A stretch of 64,000 bases of DNA from Escherichia phage Gostya9, in sequence record NC_047979.1, one strand, 5' to 3'. The notes under the pieces are model-generated. The model did not search any database and was not told the DNA's origin. It worked only from the letters and a program-made list of their open reading frames with translations. The position numbers and the translations under genes were made by a program. Shown in pieces: positions 25,794 to 34,502 of the stretch. Positions within the stretch are counted from its first letter, which is position 1. Each line of letters starts with the position of its first letter.

Positions 25794-26573
25794 ATGAAAA
25801 TCGAAATTCCAACACAATGTCCCTCTTGTGGTTCTAAGCTAGATCTTGTCAACGGACAATTATTCTGTCGTAATAAGTCCAACTGTCCAGCGCAATCAAG
25901 TAAGTTAATTGAGAACTTCTGTACAAAAATGAAGTTAAAGGGCTTTGGCCCGAAAACTATTGAGAAGCTGGAGCTGACGAAGATTTCAGAACTATTTTAC
26001 CTAACCGAAGAAGATTTGGTTAGAGCCGTGGGTAGCAAGGTTGCCGCTAAGTTAATTAGCGAATTAAATACTAAAGTTCGCGGAGACATTGACTTTGGTT
26101 CAGTTCTCGGTTCTTTAGGAATCCCTCTAATTGGAGAGGTTGCAGCAAAGAAATTATCCCAAAATTGCACTAGCTTCCACGATGTGAAGGCTGACGGCAG
26201 GGCTGGAGAAAACTATAAAGCCTGGCTAAATTCCCCACAAGGCAAGGATGTTATCGAATTACCGTGGAAATTCACAACCGGTATTAAAGGTGCTAAAGCT
26301 GAGGTCAGCATTACTGATGGTCTAGTAGCCCAACCAAATGGAATCACGGTGTGTATTACCGGATCTTTGCAAGATTTTGCAAATAGAACGGATGCAACAA
26401 ACTATCTAGAAGGTCTAGGGTATACTGTTAAAAAATCAGTTACCAAAGACGTTAAATACCTCATCTGTGAGGATGAATCTAAGCGTTCTTCCTCATCTTA
26501 TAAGAAAGCCGAAACGAATGGGATAGAAATCCTGTCGATTAAAGAACTATTGGAGAAAAATAATAATGTCTAA
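25794..26573 (+). CDS. ligB: NAD-dependent DNA ligase, C-terminal subunit (Zn-finger, HhH, BRCT-like)
   Basis: Starts with the four-Cys zinc-finger region (CPSCGSKLDLVNGQLFCRN...C) that follows the OB-fold in bacterial LigA, then HhH-like and C-terminal BRCT-like segments; 259 aa. Confidence 0.7.
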   Translation: MKIEIPTQCPSCGSKLDLVNGQLFCRNKSNCPAQSSKLIENFCTKMKLKGFGPKTIEKLELTKISELFYLTEEDLVRAVGSKVAAKLISELNTKVRGDIDFGSVLGSLGIPLIGEVAAKKLSQNCTSFHDVKADGRAGENYKAWLNSPQGKDVIELPWKFTTGIKGAKAEVSITDGLVAQPNGITVCITGSLQDFANRTDATNYLEGLGYTVKKSVTKDVKYLICEDESKRSSSSYKKAETNGIEILSIKELLEKNNNV

Positions 26574-27333
26574 ACTGAACTGGAACGTAGAAGGTGTAAC
26601 CGAGTCTCTGAAAGCAAAAGCCACTGCTCTGGGTGTTGCTGTAATCTCTCAAGAACAAGTAGCTGCTATCGCTGCTGAACTGGCTGCTGAAACTGGCAAA
26701 GACGTTACCGCTCGCTCTGTTGGCTCTAAGCTGCGTAAAGAAGGTTTCGAAGTACAGAAAGCTAACGAAGTACAGAAATCCCCGTGGACTCCTGAGCAGG
26801 AAGCTGAACTGGTTGATTTCCTGAACTCTCATGCTGGTCAGTATACTTATGCTGAAATCGCTGCTGCTGTAGCTGGTGGTCAATTTGGTGCTAAGCAGGT
26901 ACAGGGTAAGATCCTGAGTCTGGAAATGACCGCTTCTGTTAAACCAACTGAAAAAGCTGCTGCTGTTCGTTCCTTCACTCCTGATGAAGAAACTGATTTT
27001 GTTAATCAGGTTGTTGCTGGTGCTACTATTGAAGCTATTGCTGCTCACTTCGGTCGTAATATCAAGCAGATCCGTGGTAAAGCTCTGAGTCTGCTTCGTG
27101 AAGGTCGTATCGCTGCTATGCCGGTACAGGAAACTTCAAGTGCTAAAACTCGTGAAGATCTGCTAGAAGGTCTGGATCTGGCTAACATGACTGTTGCTGA
27201 GATCGCTGAGAAAACTGGTAAGTCTGAGCGCGGTGTTAAATCTATGCTGTCTCGTCGTGGTCTGGTTGCTAAGGACTATGATGGTGCCGCTAAGCGTGCT
27301 AAACTGGATGCAAAAGCTGCGGCTGCTGAATAA
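26566..27333 (+). CDS. abundant DNA-binding protein candidate with three internal repeats
   Basis: 255 aa; strongly host-optimised codons; three related segments (AAIAAELAAETGK..., YAEIAAAVAGGQFGAKQVQGKILSL, ATIEAIAAHFGRNIKQIRGKALSL) resembling HTH units. Position before helicase/primase/polymerase would fit a D5-like protein. Confidence 0.5.
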   Translation: MSKLNWNVEGVTESLKAKATALGVAVISQEQVAAIAAELAAETGKDVTARSVGSKLRKEGFEVQKANEVQKSPWTPEQEAELVDFLNSHAGQYTYAEIAAAVAGGQFGAKQVQGKILSLEMTASVKPTEKAAAVRSFTPDEETDFVNQVVAGATIEAIAAHFGRNIKQIRGKALSLLREGRIAAMPVQETSSAKTREDLLEGLDLANMTVAEIAEKTGKSERGVKSMLSRRGLVAKDYDGAAKRAKLDAKAAAAE

Positions 27334-27352
27334 TCTGGTAAATTAAACCTAA

Positions 27353-27382
27353 GGGGTGGGGGCTATGCCTCTACCCCTTTTT
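27353..27382 (+). terminator. rho-independent terminator
   Basis: GC-rich hairpin GGGGTGGGGGC / GCCTCTACCCC (with G-U pairs) followed by TTTTT. Confidence 0.55.
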
Positions 27383-27415
27383 GCATTTAGAAGGCACGAA
27401 AGCGTGCAAAGGAGA

Positions 27416-28888
27416 ATGACCTTGTTTAACGTGCAAGCTGTAGTGTTGAAGATGCTTCTAGCTTCCGAACAGAAGCAAATAGCATTGGAAACATTCTCAA
27501 AACTGCATAAAGATCATTTTAATGACGCTTTCTCCTCAATTTACCAAGCCGTCCAGAATTATTATAAAAAATATAACACAATGCCGTCCATTGACGCACT
27601 GATGCTTGAGGCTAATAGGAACGCCCGCCTTTCTCAAGCTCTAGTCGTTTTAGCTAACACTCAAATTCCAGAAGTTAGCATGGAACAGGCACTTGAAGTC
27701 CTAGAGGCCGAGTATACACAGGATTTATTCCTGAAGCTTCTAGAAACAGACGTGCTTCAAGATTTAACAATGCTGGATCAGGGAGAAATTCTTAACCGAG
27801 TTGCCTCCCTTCACTTAAAATTAGAAGAGAAAGTAACGAATACTGGAAAAGTATTCAACGCAGATAACATGCGTATTTTCCAGAGAGAAGAAGATACCAA
27901 ACTGAACTTAATCGCTCTTGGTATTTGTAATGAGTTCGACGCTCAAATTGGTTTAGCTCGCACAGAAACGTTACTGCTTGGTGGTTGGCGTGGTACTGGT
28001 AAATCCATTATCTGTTCAAACATACAGGTTCAGCAATATTTGAATGGAGATATTGCTCCATACTTCTCAATTGAGATGAAAGAACATGAAGTATTTAGAC
28101 GTAATCTAGCTATGTTAGCTGGTGTATCAGCACTAGCAATGCGTAATAATACTCTAGAAGGTGCAGCTCTGTTGAGATTAGCCAGAACTAGAGCTAGGAT
28201 GTTTAACGGTGGTGAAGAGCTTTTCGATAACTTCGTTAAACAGTACACAATGGCTAAGATGAGTGATTTCTACGATATGGAAAGTAAGCTAATAGAAGGA
28301 TATGAGCTACATACTCCTATGATTATTGTTTATGATCCTGAGCTGTCTATTACAACAGTTGACGTAGAATTAAATAAATTAGTTGCTAGATATGGGGATA
28401 AAGTTACAGTAGCTTTACTAGACTATATTAACCAAACCCGACTTCCAGACTCTAAAACCATTGATATGTATGACTGGAAAGAACAGATGGTTGTTAGCTC
28501 GTCTTTCAAATCTATCTGCCAGAAACATAACGTGGCTGGTGTAGCTCCTTACCAGATCGATCAAGATGGTAGAACACGTATGTCGAAGGGGATTCTTGAT
28601 TCCGCAGACATGGCTGCTAATCTTAATGCTGCAAAAGCTGATAATGGTCAAGGTGCTATTATGTTTGACTTCGTTAAGACTCGGTCTTCTGATAGCGTGA
28701 AGTTTATGCCTAAAATGAACTGGGAAACCCTGCGGATGGATAACACTACCAACCTAGCAATGGAAGATATATCTCAAATGGAAGCTGAGTTCGTTATCCC
28801 TATTGAGAAGGATAAGCCGACTCAATCTAAACGTGCTAAGAAAGACAAAGCTGAAAATTCAACAGGTGAACAGGCCAGCGATATATGA
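27416..28888 (+). CDS. DnaB-like replicative DNA helicase
   Basis: About 490 aa with RecA-like P-loop (LLGGWRGTGKSIIC). ATG at 27416 with AAAGGAGA RBS, downstream of the terminator; the track ORF begins upstream inside the hairpin. Confidence 0.6.
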   Translation: MTLFNVQAVVLKMLLASEQKQIALETFSKLHKDHFNDAFSSIYQAVQNYYKKYNTMPSIDALMLEANRNARLSQALVVLANTQIPEVSMEQALEVLEAEYTQDLFLKLLETDVLQDLTMLDQGEILNRVASLHLKLEEKVTNTGKVFNADNMRIFQREEDTKLNLIALGICNEFDAQIGLARTETLLLGGWRGTGKSIICSNIQVQQYLNGDIAPYFSIEMKEHEVFRRNLAMLAGVSALAMRNNTLEGAALLRLARTRARMFNGGEELFDNFVKQYTMAKMSDFYDMESKLIEGYELHTPMIIVYDPELSITTVDVELNKLVARYGDKVTVALLDYINQTRLPDSKTIDMYDWKEQMVVSSSFKSICQKHNVAGVAPYQIDQDGRTRMSKGILDSADMAANLNAAKADNGQGAIMFDFVKTRSSDSVKFMPKMNWETLRMDNTTNLAMEDISQMEAEFVIPIEKDKPTQSKRAKKDKAENSTGEQASDI

Positions 28889-29418
28889 TAACACAGGAAA
28901 GGCTAAAAGAGTTATTTGATTACTCCCCAGTTTCTGGGGAGTTTACTAGAAAAGTATCTAGAGGTAATCAGAAAGCTGGTAGTATAATAACCAGAAAAGA
29001 CTCTAACGGTTATATAATTATTGGTATAGATGGCAAGGATTACAAAGCCCATCGGATGGCTTTTCTATTTATGGAAAATACATTGCCGGAAAAAGTAGAC
29101 CATGTAAACAGAATACCTTTTGATAATAGGTGGTGTAATCTAAGAGACGCCACAGCTCAGGAAAATAGTAGAAATAAAACCGCATGTAGTAAGTCTGGAT
29201 ATTTGGGAGTTGCTTGGGATATCGAAAAACAAAGATGGAGAGTTCAAGTAAGAGACTCTAATAGCACTCTTAAAAATGGTGGCAGATTTAAGTATGAAGA
29301 GCTAGAGCTAGCTGTAAATTCAGCAAATATATTAAGGACTAAGTTACATGGAGAACGTGCTGTTATAGAAATTTTTGATACATCTAATTATCCTTCACTG
29401 GAGGAGTTAAATTCATGA
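28885..29418 (+). CDS. HNH homing endonuclease
   Basis: HVNRIPFDNRWCNLRDATAQENSRN matches the HNH catalytic motif (H...N...N). 177 aa, inserted between helicase and primase with overlapping start/stop codons. Confidence 0.7.
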   Translation: MITQERLKELFDYSPVSGEFTRKVSRGNQKAGSIITRKDSNGYIIIGIDGKDYKAHRMAFLFMENTLPEKVDHVNRIPFDNRWCNLRDATAQENSRNKTACSKSGYLGVAWDIEKQRWRVQVRDSNSTLKNGGRFKYEELELAVNSANILRTKLHGERAVIEIFDTSNYPSLEELNS

Positions 29419-30305
29419 GTCGAATAACAGAATTACTTGATCTTAAGGGAATTGAGTATAAAGATACTGGTGGAGATATTTTAATCTGTTGTCTAAATCC
29501 AGATCATGATGATAAACACCCAAGTTTGCGTATTGACCCTGAAACAGGTATTATGCACTGCTTGAGTTGTGGCTTCGGTAAAGGTATACCGAGCATTTAC
29601 CATTATTTTAATGAGACTCAGTACCGACAGTCCCCAAGACTATCCCAAGTACGTAAAAAGATTTCAGAGATTAGAAATGGATCTACAAATCTTGCAATCC
29701 CAGAATCTGCTTTTCTTTTTGAAGGTGATTTCCGAGGTATCAGTTCTAAGACCTTAAAGAAATATTTTGCTTTCCAACACCAAGAGGACTGGGAGGGCAG
29801 AATTGTATTCCCAATCACAGATGCTGTTGGACGCAATATCCTATTTTTGGGTCGTTCTATAAACAGTTCTGCCCCTCCTAAATACTTAGTAAAACCAAAA
29901 CAAGTTTCACCACCAATTTTCCCTGTACGATATAATACTCCAGTTCTTATTCTAGTTGAAGGCATCTTTGATATGCTGAAGCTAGAGGATAATGGTATAG
30001 ACTATGCTTCCTGCTGTTTTGGTACACATCAGTTTACTTCCGATAACATTGCAGATAAGTTCAGTCCTTATATTATTGCCGGTGTAAAAGTTGTTGTTAT
30101 CTTACTAGATAATGATGCTTCTGGTAATAAAGCTGCCCAGTCTCTAGCGAAGTTAATTCGTACAAAAACGCGTTTAACACCTGTAGTTGCTAACTTTCTT
30201 CTGCCTGAAGGTAAAGACCCTGGTGACTTAAATAAAGAAGAAGTCGATACGTTAGCAAAACGTATTGAAATTTTAGTTGCTGAATCGCTTAAAGATTTGG
30301 TATAA
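29415..30305 (+). CDS. DNA primase (DnaG-type: CHC2 zinc finger + TOPRIM)
   Basis: CLNPDHDDKHPSLRIDPETGIMHCLSCGFGKG (CHC2 Zn-binding) and VLILVEGIFDMLKLEDNG (TOPRIM acidic motif); GGAGG RBS. Confidence 0.75.
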   Translation: MSRITELLDLKGIEYKDTGGDILICCLNPDHDDKHPSLRIDPETGIMHCLSCGFGKGIPSIYHYFNETQYRQSPRLSQVRKKISEIRNGSTNLAIPESAFLFEGDFRGISSKTLKKYFAFQHQEDWEGRIVFPITDAVGRNILFLGRSINSSAPPKYLVKPKQVSPPIFPVRYNTPVLILVEGIFDMLKLEDNGIDYASCCFGTHQFTSDNIADKFSPYIIAGVKVVVILLDNDASGNKAAQSLAKLIRTKTRLTPVVANFLLPEGKDPGDLNKEEVDTLAKRIEILVAESLKDLV

Positions 30306-30367
30306 TATATTGGTAAGTTAGAGAAGAAACACTGAAGTTATACTTACTTACCAAGAGGAGATTAAAT

Positions 30368-33300
30368 TTGAAAATTGCAGTAGTTGATAAAGCTCTAAAC
30401 AACACTCGTTATGATAAACATTTCCAGCTATACGGCGAGGAAGTTGATGTATTCCATATGTGTAACGAGAAGTTATCCGGTCGTTTGCTCAAAAAGCATA
30501 TTACTATCGGGACCCCGGAAAACCCATTTGACCCGAATGATTATGATTTTGTTATACTGGTAGGTGCCGAACCTTTCCTGTACTTTGCGGGTAAGAAAGG
30601 TATTGGTGATTATACTGGTAAACGTGTAGAGTATAATGGATATGCTAACTGGATTGCTAGTATCAGCCCAGCCCAGTTACACTTTAAACCTGAAATGAAA
30701 CCAGTTTTTGATGCAACAGTAGAGAGTATCCACGATATTATCAATGGTCGTGAGAAGATTGCAAAAGCTGGTGATTACCGTCCTATTACTGACCCTGATG
30801 AGGCAGAAGAATATATCAAGATGGTGTATAATATGGTTATCGGACCTGTCGCATTCGACTCCGAAACCTCAGCACTATACTGTCGAGATGGTTATCTGCT
30901 TGGTGTTTCTATTTCTCACCAAGAGTATCAGGGTGTATATATCGATTCTGATTGTCTCACAGAGGTTGCAGTATATTATCTCCAGAAAATTCTGGATAGT
31001 GAAAACCACATTATTGTTTTTCACAACTTGAAGTTTGATATGCACTTTTATAAGTACCATCTGGGACTTACTTTTGATAAAGCACATAAAGAACGCAGGC
31101 TCCATGATACCATGTTGCAGCACTATGTTCTAGATGAACGTCGTGGTACTCATGGCTTGAAATCTCTAGCAATGAAGTATACCGATATGGGTGACTATGA
31201 CTTCGAACTAGATAAGTTCAAAGATGATTACTGCAAAGCACATAAAATCAAGAAAGAAGATTTCACCTATGATCTGATTCCGTTTGATATTATGTGGCCA
31301 TATGCATGTCTTACTCACGATTCCCAAGTTCGGATGGCTTCAGGGAATTGGAAGACTATTGGGGAACTTGTTCGCACCAAATCTACAGAAGCTGTAGTAT
31401 CATTCAACGAGTCAACTGGGCAATTTGAGAACAAACCGATTACTGGATGGTATAAAAATGAACATAAATCCAAGCAATGGAAGAAGTTAATAGTTAAATC
31501 TCAGCAAAGAAACTCTAAGGGTACTATTAATGGGCCAGTATTTACACCAGATCATAGGGTATTAACTCAGAATGGATACATAGAAGTCCAAGATATTATT
31601 CCAGGACAGGATAAAATCCTAACTGAAGAACTTGCTTTACCATCTGATAGTAAGCAAGTATTAATGGCATCCCTATTTGGGGATGGTGCTCTGGTATCTA
31701 GAAATAATTGGGGCGCGGGTCTACAACTGACACAGTCAGAAGCGCATAAAGAGTATCTAGATTTTAAGGCAGCCTCTCAAGTAGAAACACCAACTCTTAG
31801 TTCCTCTACAAAAGGAGATAAAAAAGCATATACGTATAGTTTCCCCTATACCTCGGAGTATTCTGACTTATTCTCTACCTTAGAGGTACGAGATAATACT
31901 ACAAAATATAAGTTAAAAATTACTAAGAAAAATCTAGAAGGGTTAGATGAAAAAGCACTAGCTATTTGGTATCAAGATGATGGTAACCTGCCACAAGGAA
32001 ACGCACGCATTTGGTCTAGAACAGTTGCTGATTGTAAAGAAGAGCAGCAAAATTTCATAGAATGGTGTAAAAATCTAGGCATTACAGCACGCTACCATAA
32101 CGATGGAGAAAATAACCAGTTCTTTGTATTAGATAATGAAGAACTATTCCCTTTGATTGCTCCATATATGCATAGCTCTATGGCTTACAAGGTGCCAGAA
32201 AGATTCAAGCACTTAGTAGGAACAGGAACTTGGGATTTTTCAACATCTAAGTACTACTATGCAGAAGTGTATGGGGTTGAGGATTGGGTAGTTCCAGCCT
32301 CTAGAAGAGGTTACTCTACCAGTTGGTGTATAGATGTAAAAGATAACCATAACTTTGTAACTAAAGTTGGTGTAGTTCACAACTGTAAAGATACAGATGC
32401 TACCATACGTTTGCACAACTTCTTCTTACCAAAAATTGAGAAGAATGAAAAACTTTGCAGTCTATATTACGATGTTCTAATGCCTGGTTGTGTATTCCTA
32501 CAGCGTGTCGAAGATCGTGGTGTACCTATCTCTATTGATCGTTTGAAAGAAGCTCAGTATCAATTGACTCATAATTTGAATAAAGCCCGTGAGAAACTGT
32601 ATACTTATCCAGAAGTTAAACAGCTAGAACAAGATCAGAATGAAGCATTTAACCCGAACTCTGTTAAGCAGCTGCGTGTTCTTCTGTTCGATTATGTTGG
32701 TTTGACTCCAACTGGTAAGTTAACGGATACTGGTGCAGATTCTACGGATGCAGAAGCTCTGAATGAACTGGCTACGCAGCATCCAATTGCTAAAACTCTA
32801 CTAGAGATTCGTAAGCTGACTAAGCTGATCTCTACTTATGTTGAGAAGATTCTTCTGAGTATTGATGCAGATGGTTGCATTCGTACTGGTTTCCATGAAC
32901 ATATGACTACTTCTGGTCGTCTGAGTTCTTCTGGTAAACTGAACCTGCAACAGCTACCTCGTGATGAATCTATCATTAAGGGTTGTGTAGTTGCACCACC
33001 TGGATACCGTGTAATCGCATGGGACTTAACAACTGCGGAAGTTTATTATGCTGCTGTTCTATCTGGTGATAGAAATATGCAACAAGTATTTATCAACATG
33101 AGAAATGAACCCGATAAATACCCTGACTTCCACTCTAACATCGCCCACATGGTATTTAAATTGCAATGTGAACCTCGTGATGTTAAAAAGTTATTCCCAG
33201 CTCTGCGTCAAGCAGCTAAGGCAATTACCTTTGGTATTTTGTACGGTTCTGGCCCGGCTAAAGTAGCACATTCTGTTAACGAAGCATTGCTAGAACAAGC

Positions 33301-34012
33301 AGCCAAAACTGGGGAACCATTTGTTGAATGTACTGTTGCAGATGCTAAAGAGTACATTGAGACTTACTTTGGTCAATTCCCACAGCTTAAGCGTTGGATT
33401 GATAAGTGCCACGATCAAATCAAGAATCATGGGTTTATCTATAGTCACTTTGGTCGTAAACGTCGTCTACATAATATCCACTCTGAAGACCGTGGCGTTC
33501 AGGGTGAAGAAATTCGTTCTGGGTTTAACGCAATCATTCAGTCTGCTTCTTCTGATAGTCTCCTTTTAGGTGCTGTAGATGCAGATAATGAGATCATTTC
33601 TCTTGGCCTAGAACAAGAGATGAAGATTGTTATGCTGGTTCATGACTCCGTAGTTGCTATTGTTCGTGAAGACTTGATTGATCAATACAATGAAATTCTG
33701 ATTCGTAATATTCAGAAAGACCGTGGTATCAGTATTCCTGGCTGTCCGATTGGTATTGATTCAGATTCTGAAGCTGGAGGTTCTCGTGACTATTCTTGTG
33801 GTAAGATGAAGAAACAGCACCCATCAATCGCTTGTATTGATGATGACGAATATACTCGTTACGTTAAAGAAATGCTTCTTGATTCTGAATTCGAGTATAA
33901 GAAATTAGCTGCAATGGATAAAGAGCATCCAGATCATAGCAAATACAAGGATGATAAGTTTATTGCTGTATGTAAGGATCTGGATAACGTGAAAAGGGTT
34001 CTCGGTGCTTAA
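30368..34012 (+). CDS. DNA polymerase (family A, T5 D7-9-like) interrupted by an in-frame intein
   Basis: 1214-aa ORF starting at TTG 30368 with AAGAGGAG RBS. Removing the 359-aa insert leaves 855 aa, the T5 polymerase size as I recall it. C-terminal region carries Pol I palm-like motifs (KAITFGILYGSG; HDSVV). Confidence 0.85.
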   Translation: MKIAVVDKALNNTRYDKHFQLYGEEVDVFHMCNEKLSGRLLKKHITIGTPENPFDPNDYDFVILVGAEPFLYFAGKKGIGDYTGKRVEYNGYANWIASISPAQLHFKPEMKPVFDATVESIHDIINGREKIAKAGDYRPITDPDEAEEYIKMVYNMVIGPVAFDSETSALYCRDGYLLGVSISHQEYQGVYIDSDCLTEVAVYYLQKILDSENHIIVFHNLKFDMHFYKYHLGLTFDKAHKERRLHDTMLQHYVLDERRGTHGLKSLAMKYTDMGDYDFELDKFKDDYCKAHKIKKEDFTYDLIPFDIMWPYACLTHDSQVRMASGNWKTIGELVRTKSTEAVVSFNESTGQFENKPITGWYKNEHKSKQWKKLIVKSQQRNSKGTINGPVFTPDHRVLTQNGYIEVQDIIPGQDKILTEELALPSDSKQVLMASLFGDGALVSRNNWGAGLQLTQSEAHKEYLDFKAASQVETPTLSSSTKGDKKAYTYSFPYTSEYSDLFSTLEVRDNTTKYKLKITKKNLEGLDEKALAIWYQDDGNLPQGNARIWSRTVADCKEEQQNFIEWCKNLGITARYHNDGENNQFFVLDNEELFPLIAPYMHSSMAYKVPERFKHLVGTGTWDFSTSKYYYAEVYGVEDWVVPASRRGYSTSWCIDVKDNHNFVTKVGVVHNCKDTDATIRLHNFFLPKIEKNEKLCSLYYDVLMPGCVFLQRVEDRGVPISIDRLKEAQYQLTHNLNKAREKLYTYPEVKQLEQDQNEAFNPNSVKQLRVLLFDYVGLTPTGKLTDTGADSTDAEALNELATQHPIAKTLLEIRKLTKLISTYVEKILLSIDADGCIRTGFHEHMTTSGRLSSSGKLNLQQLPRDESIIKGCVVAPPGYRVIAWDLTTAEVYYAAVLSGDRNMQQVFINMRNEPDKYPDFHSNIAHMVFKLQCEPRDVKKLFPALRQAAKAITFGILYGSGPAKVAHSVNEALLEQAAKTGEPFVECTVADAKEYIETYFGQFPQLKRWIDKCHDQIKNHGFIYSHFGRKRRLHNIHSEDRGVQGEEIRSGFNAIIQSASSDSLLLGAVDADNEIISLGLEQEMKIVMLVHDSVVAIVREDLIDQYNEILIRNIQKDRGISIPGCPIGIDSDSEAGGSRDYSCGKMKKQHPSIACIDDDEYTRYVKEMLLDSEFEYKKLAAMDKEHPDHSKYKDDKFIAVCKDLDNVKRVLGA
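31307..32383 (+). mobile_element. intein with LAGLIDADG homing-endonuclease domain inside the DNA polymerase
   Basis: Begins with Cys (CLTHDSQVRMASGNW, block A), TPDH (block B TxxH), two LAGLIDADG-like motifs (LMASLFGDGAL and IWYQDDGNL), ends VVHN followed by extein +1 Cys (CKDTD). Confidence 0.75.
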
Positions 34013-34502
34013 TTTCAAATTGCCCGTCTATGCGTTACGGGCGTTTGTATCAATTGAGCAAGAAGGTGATTATTCCGTAATTACAACAAGATATAATAAA
34101 TATGTGCTAGATAACAGGAAGTTGCCTGGCACGTTTTCTCAACGTAGGCTTATTCTATTTGAGAAACGGAAAGAATTACCATATAAGCTCTATCCTATTA
34201 GAGGTAGAATATCAATGTTGTCTCAATTAGTTGGGTCAAAGCGTAACCAATTTATAGATTCTGATGGAAATCTTATTAATTGGAAGAAAACAACGTTCTA
34301 CGATGTTGTCACCTCTAAAGTTTTGCATTCAGCTAGAATTTACAATGGAAAATACCAATGCTACGTGGCTAAAGTCCCTTATCCATTTGTATTATCCTAT
34401 GTTCCAGCTTATATAAGCTATATTCTGGTAAATAATAGCCCTGTTATTTATCAAGTCCATCAAGAGGAGCCTGAAATTCCTAGACTTAGAATAAAATTAT
34501 GA
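34005..34502 (+). CDS. hypothetical protein (up to 165 aa; start uncertain)
   Basis: ORF overlapping the polymerase stop and the D10 start; first in-frame ATG is internal (about 34215); a GTG/TTG start is possible. Confidence 0.4.
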   Translation: MLNFKLPVYALRAFVSIEQEGDYSVITTRYNKYVLDNRKLPGTFSQRRLILFEKRKELPYKLYPIRGRISMLSQLVGSKRNQFIDSDGNLINWKKTTFYDVVTSKVLHSARIYNGKYQCYVAKVPYPFVLSYVPAYISYILVNNSPVIYQVHQEEPEIPRLRIKL

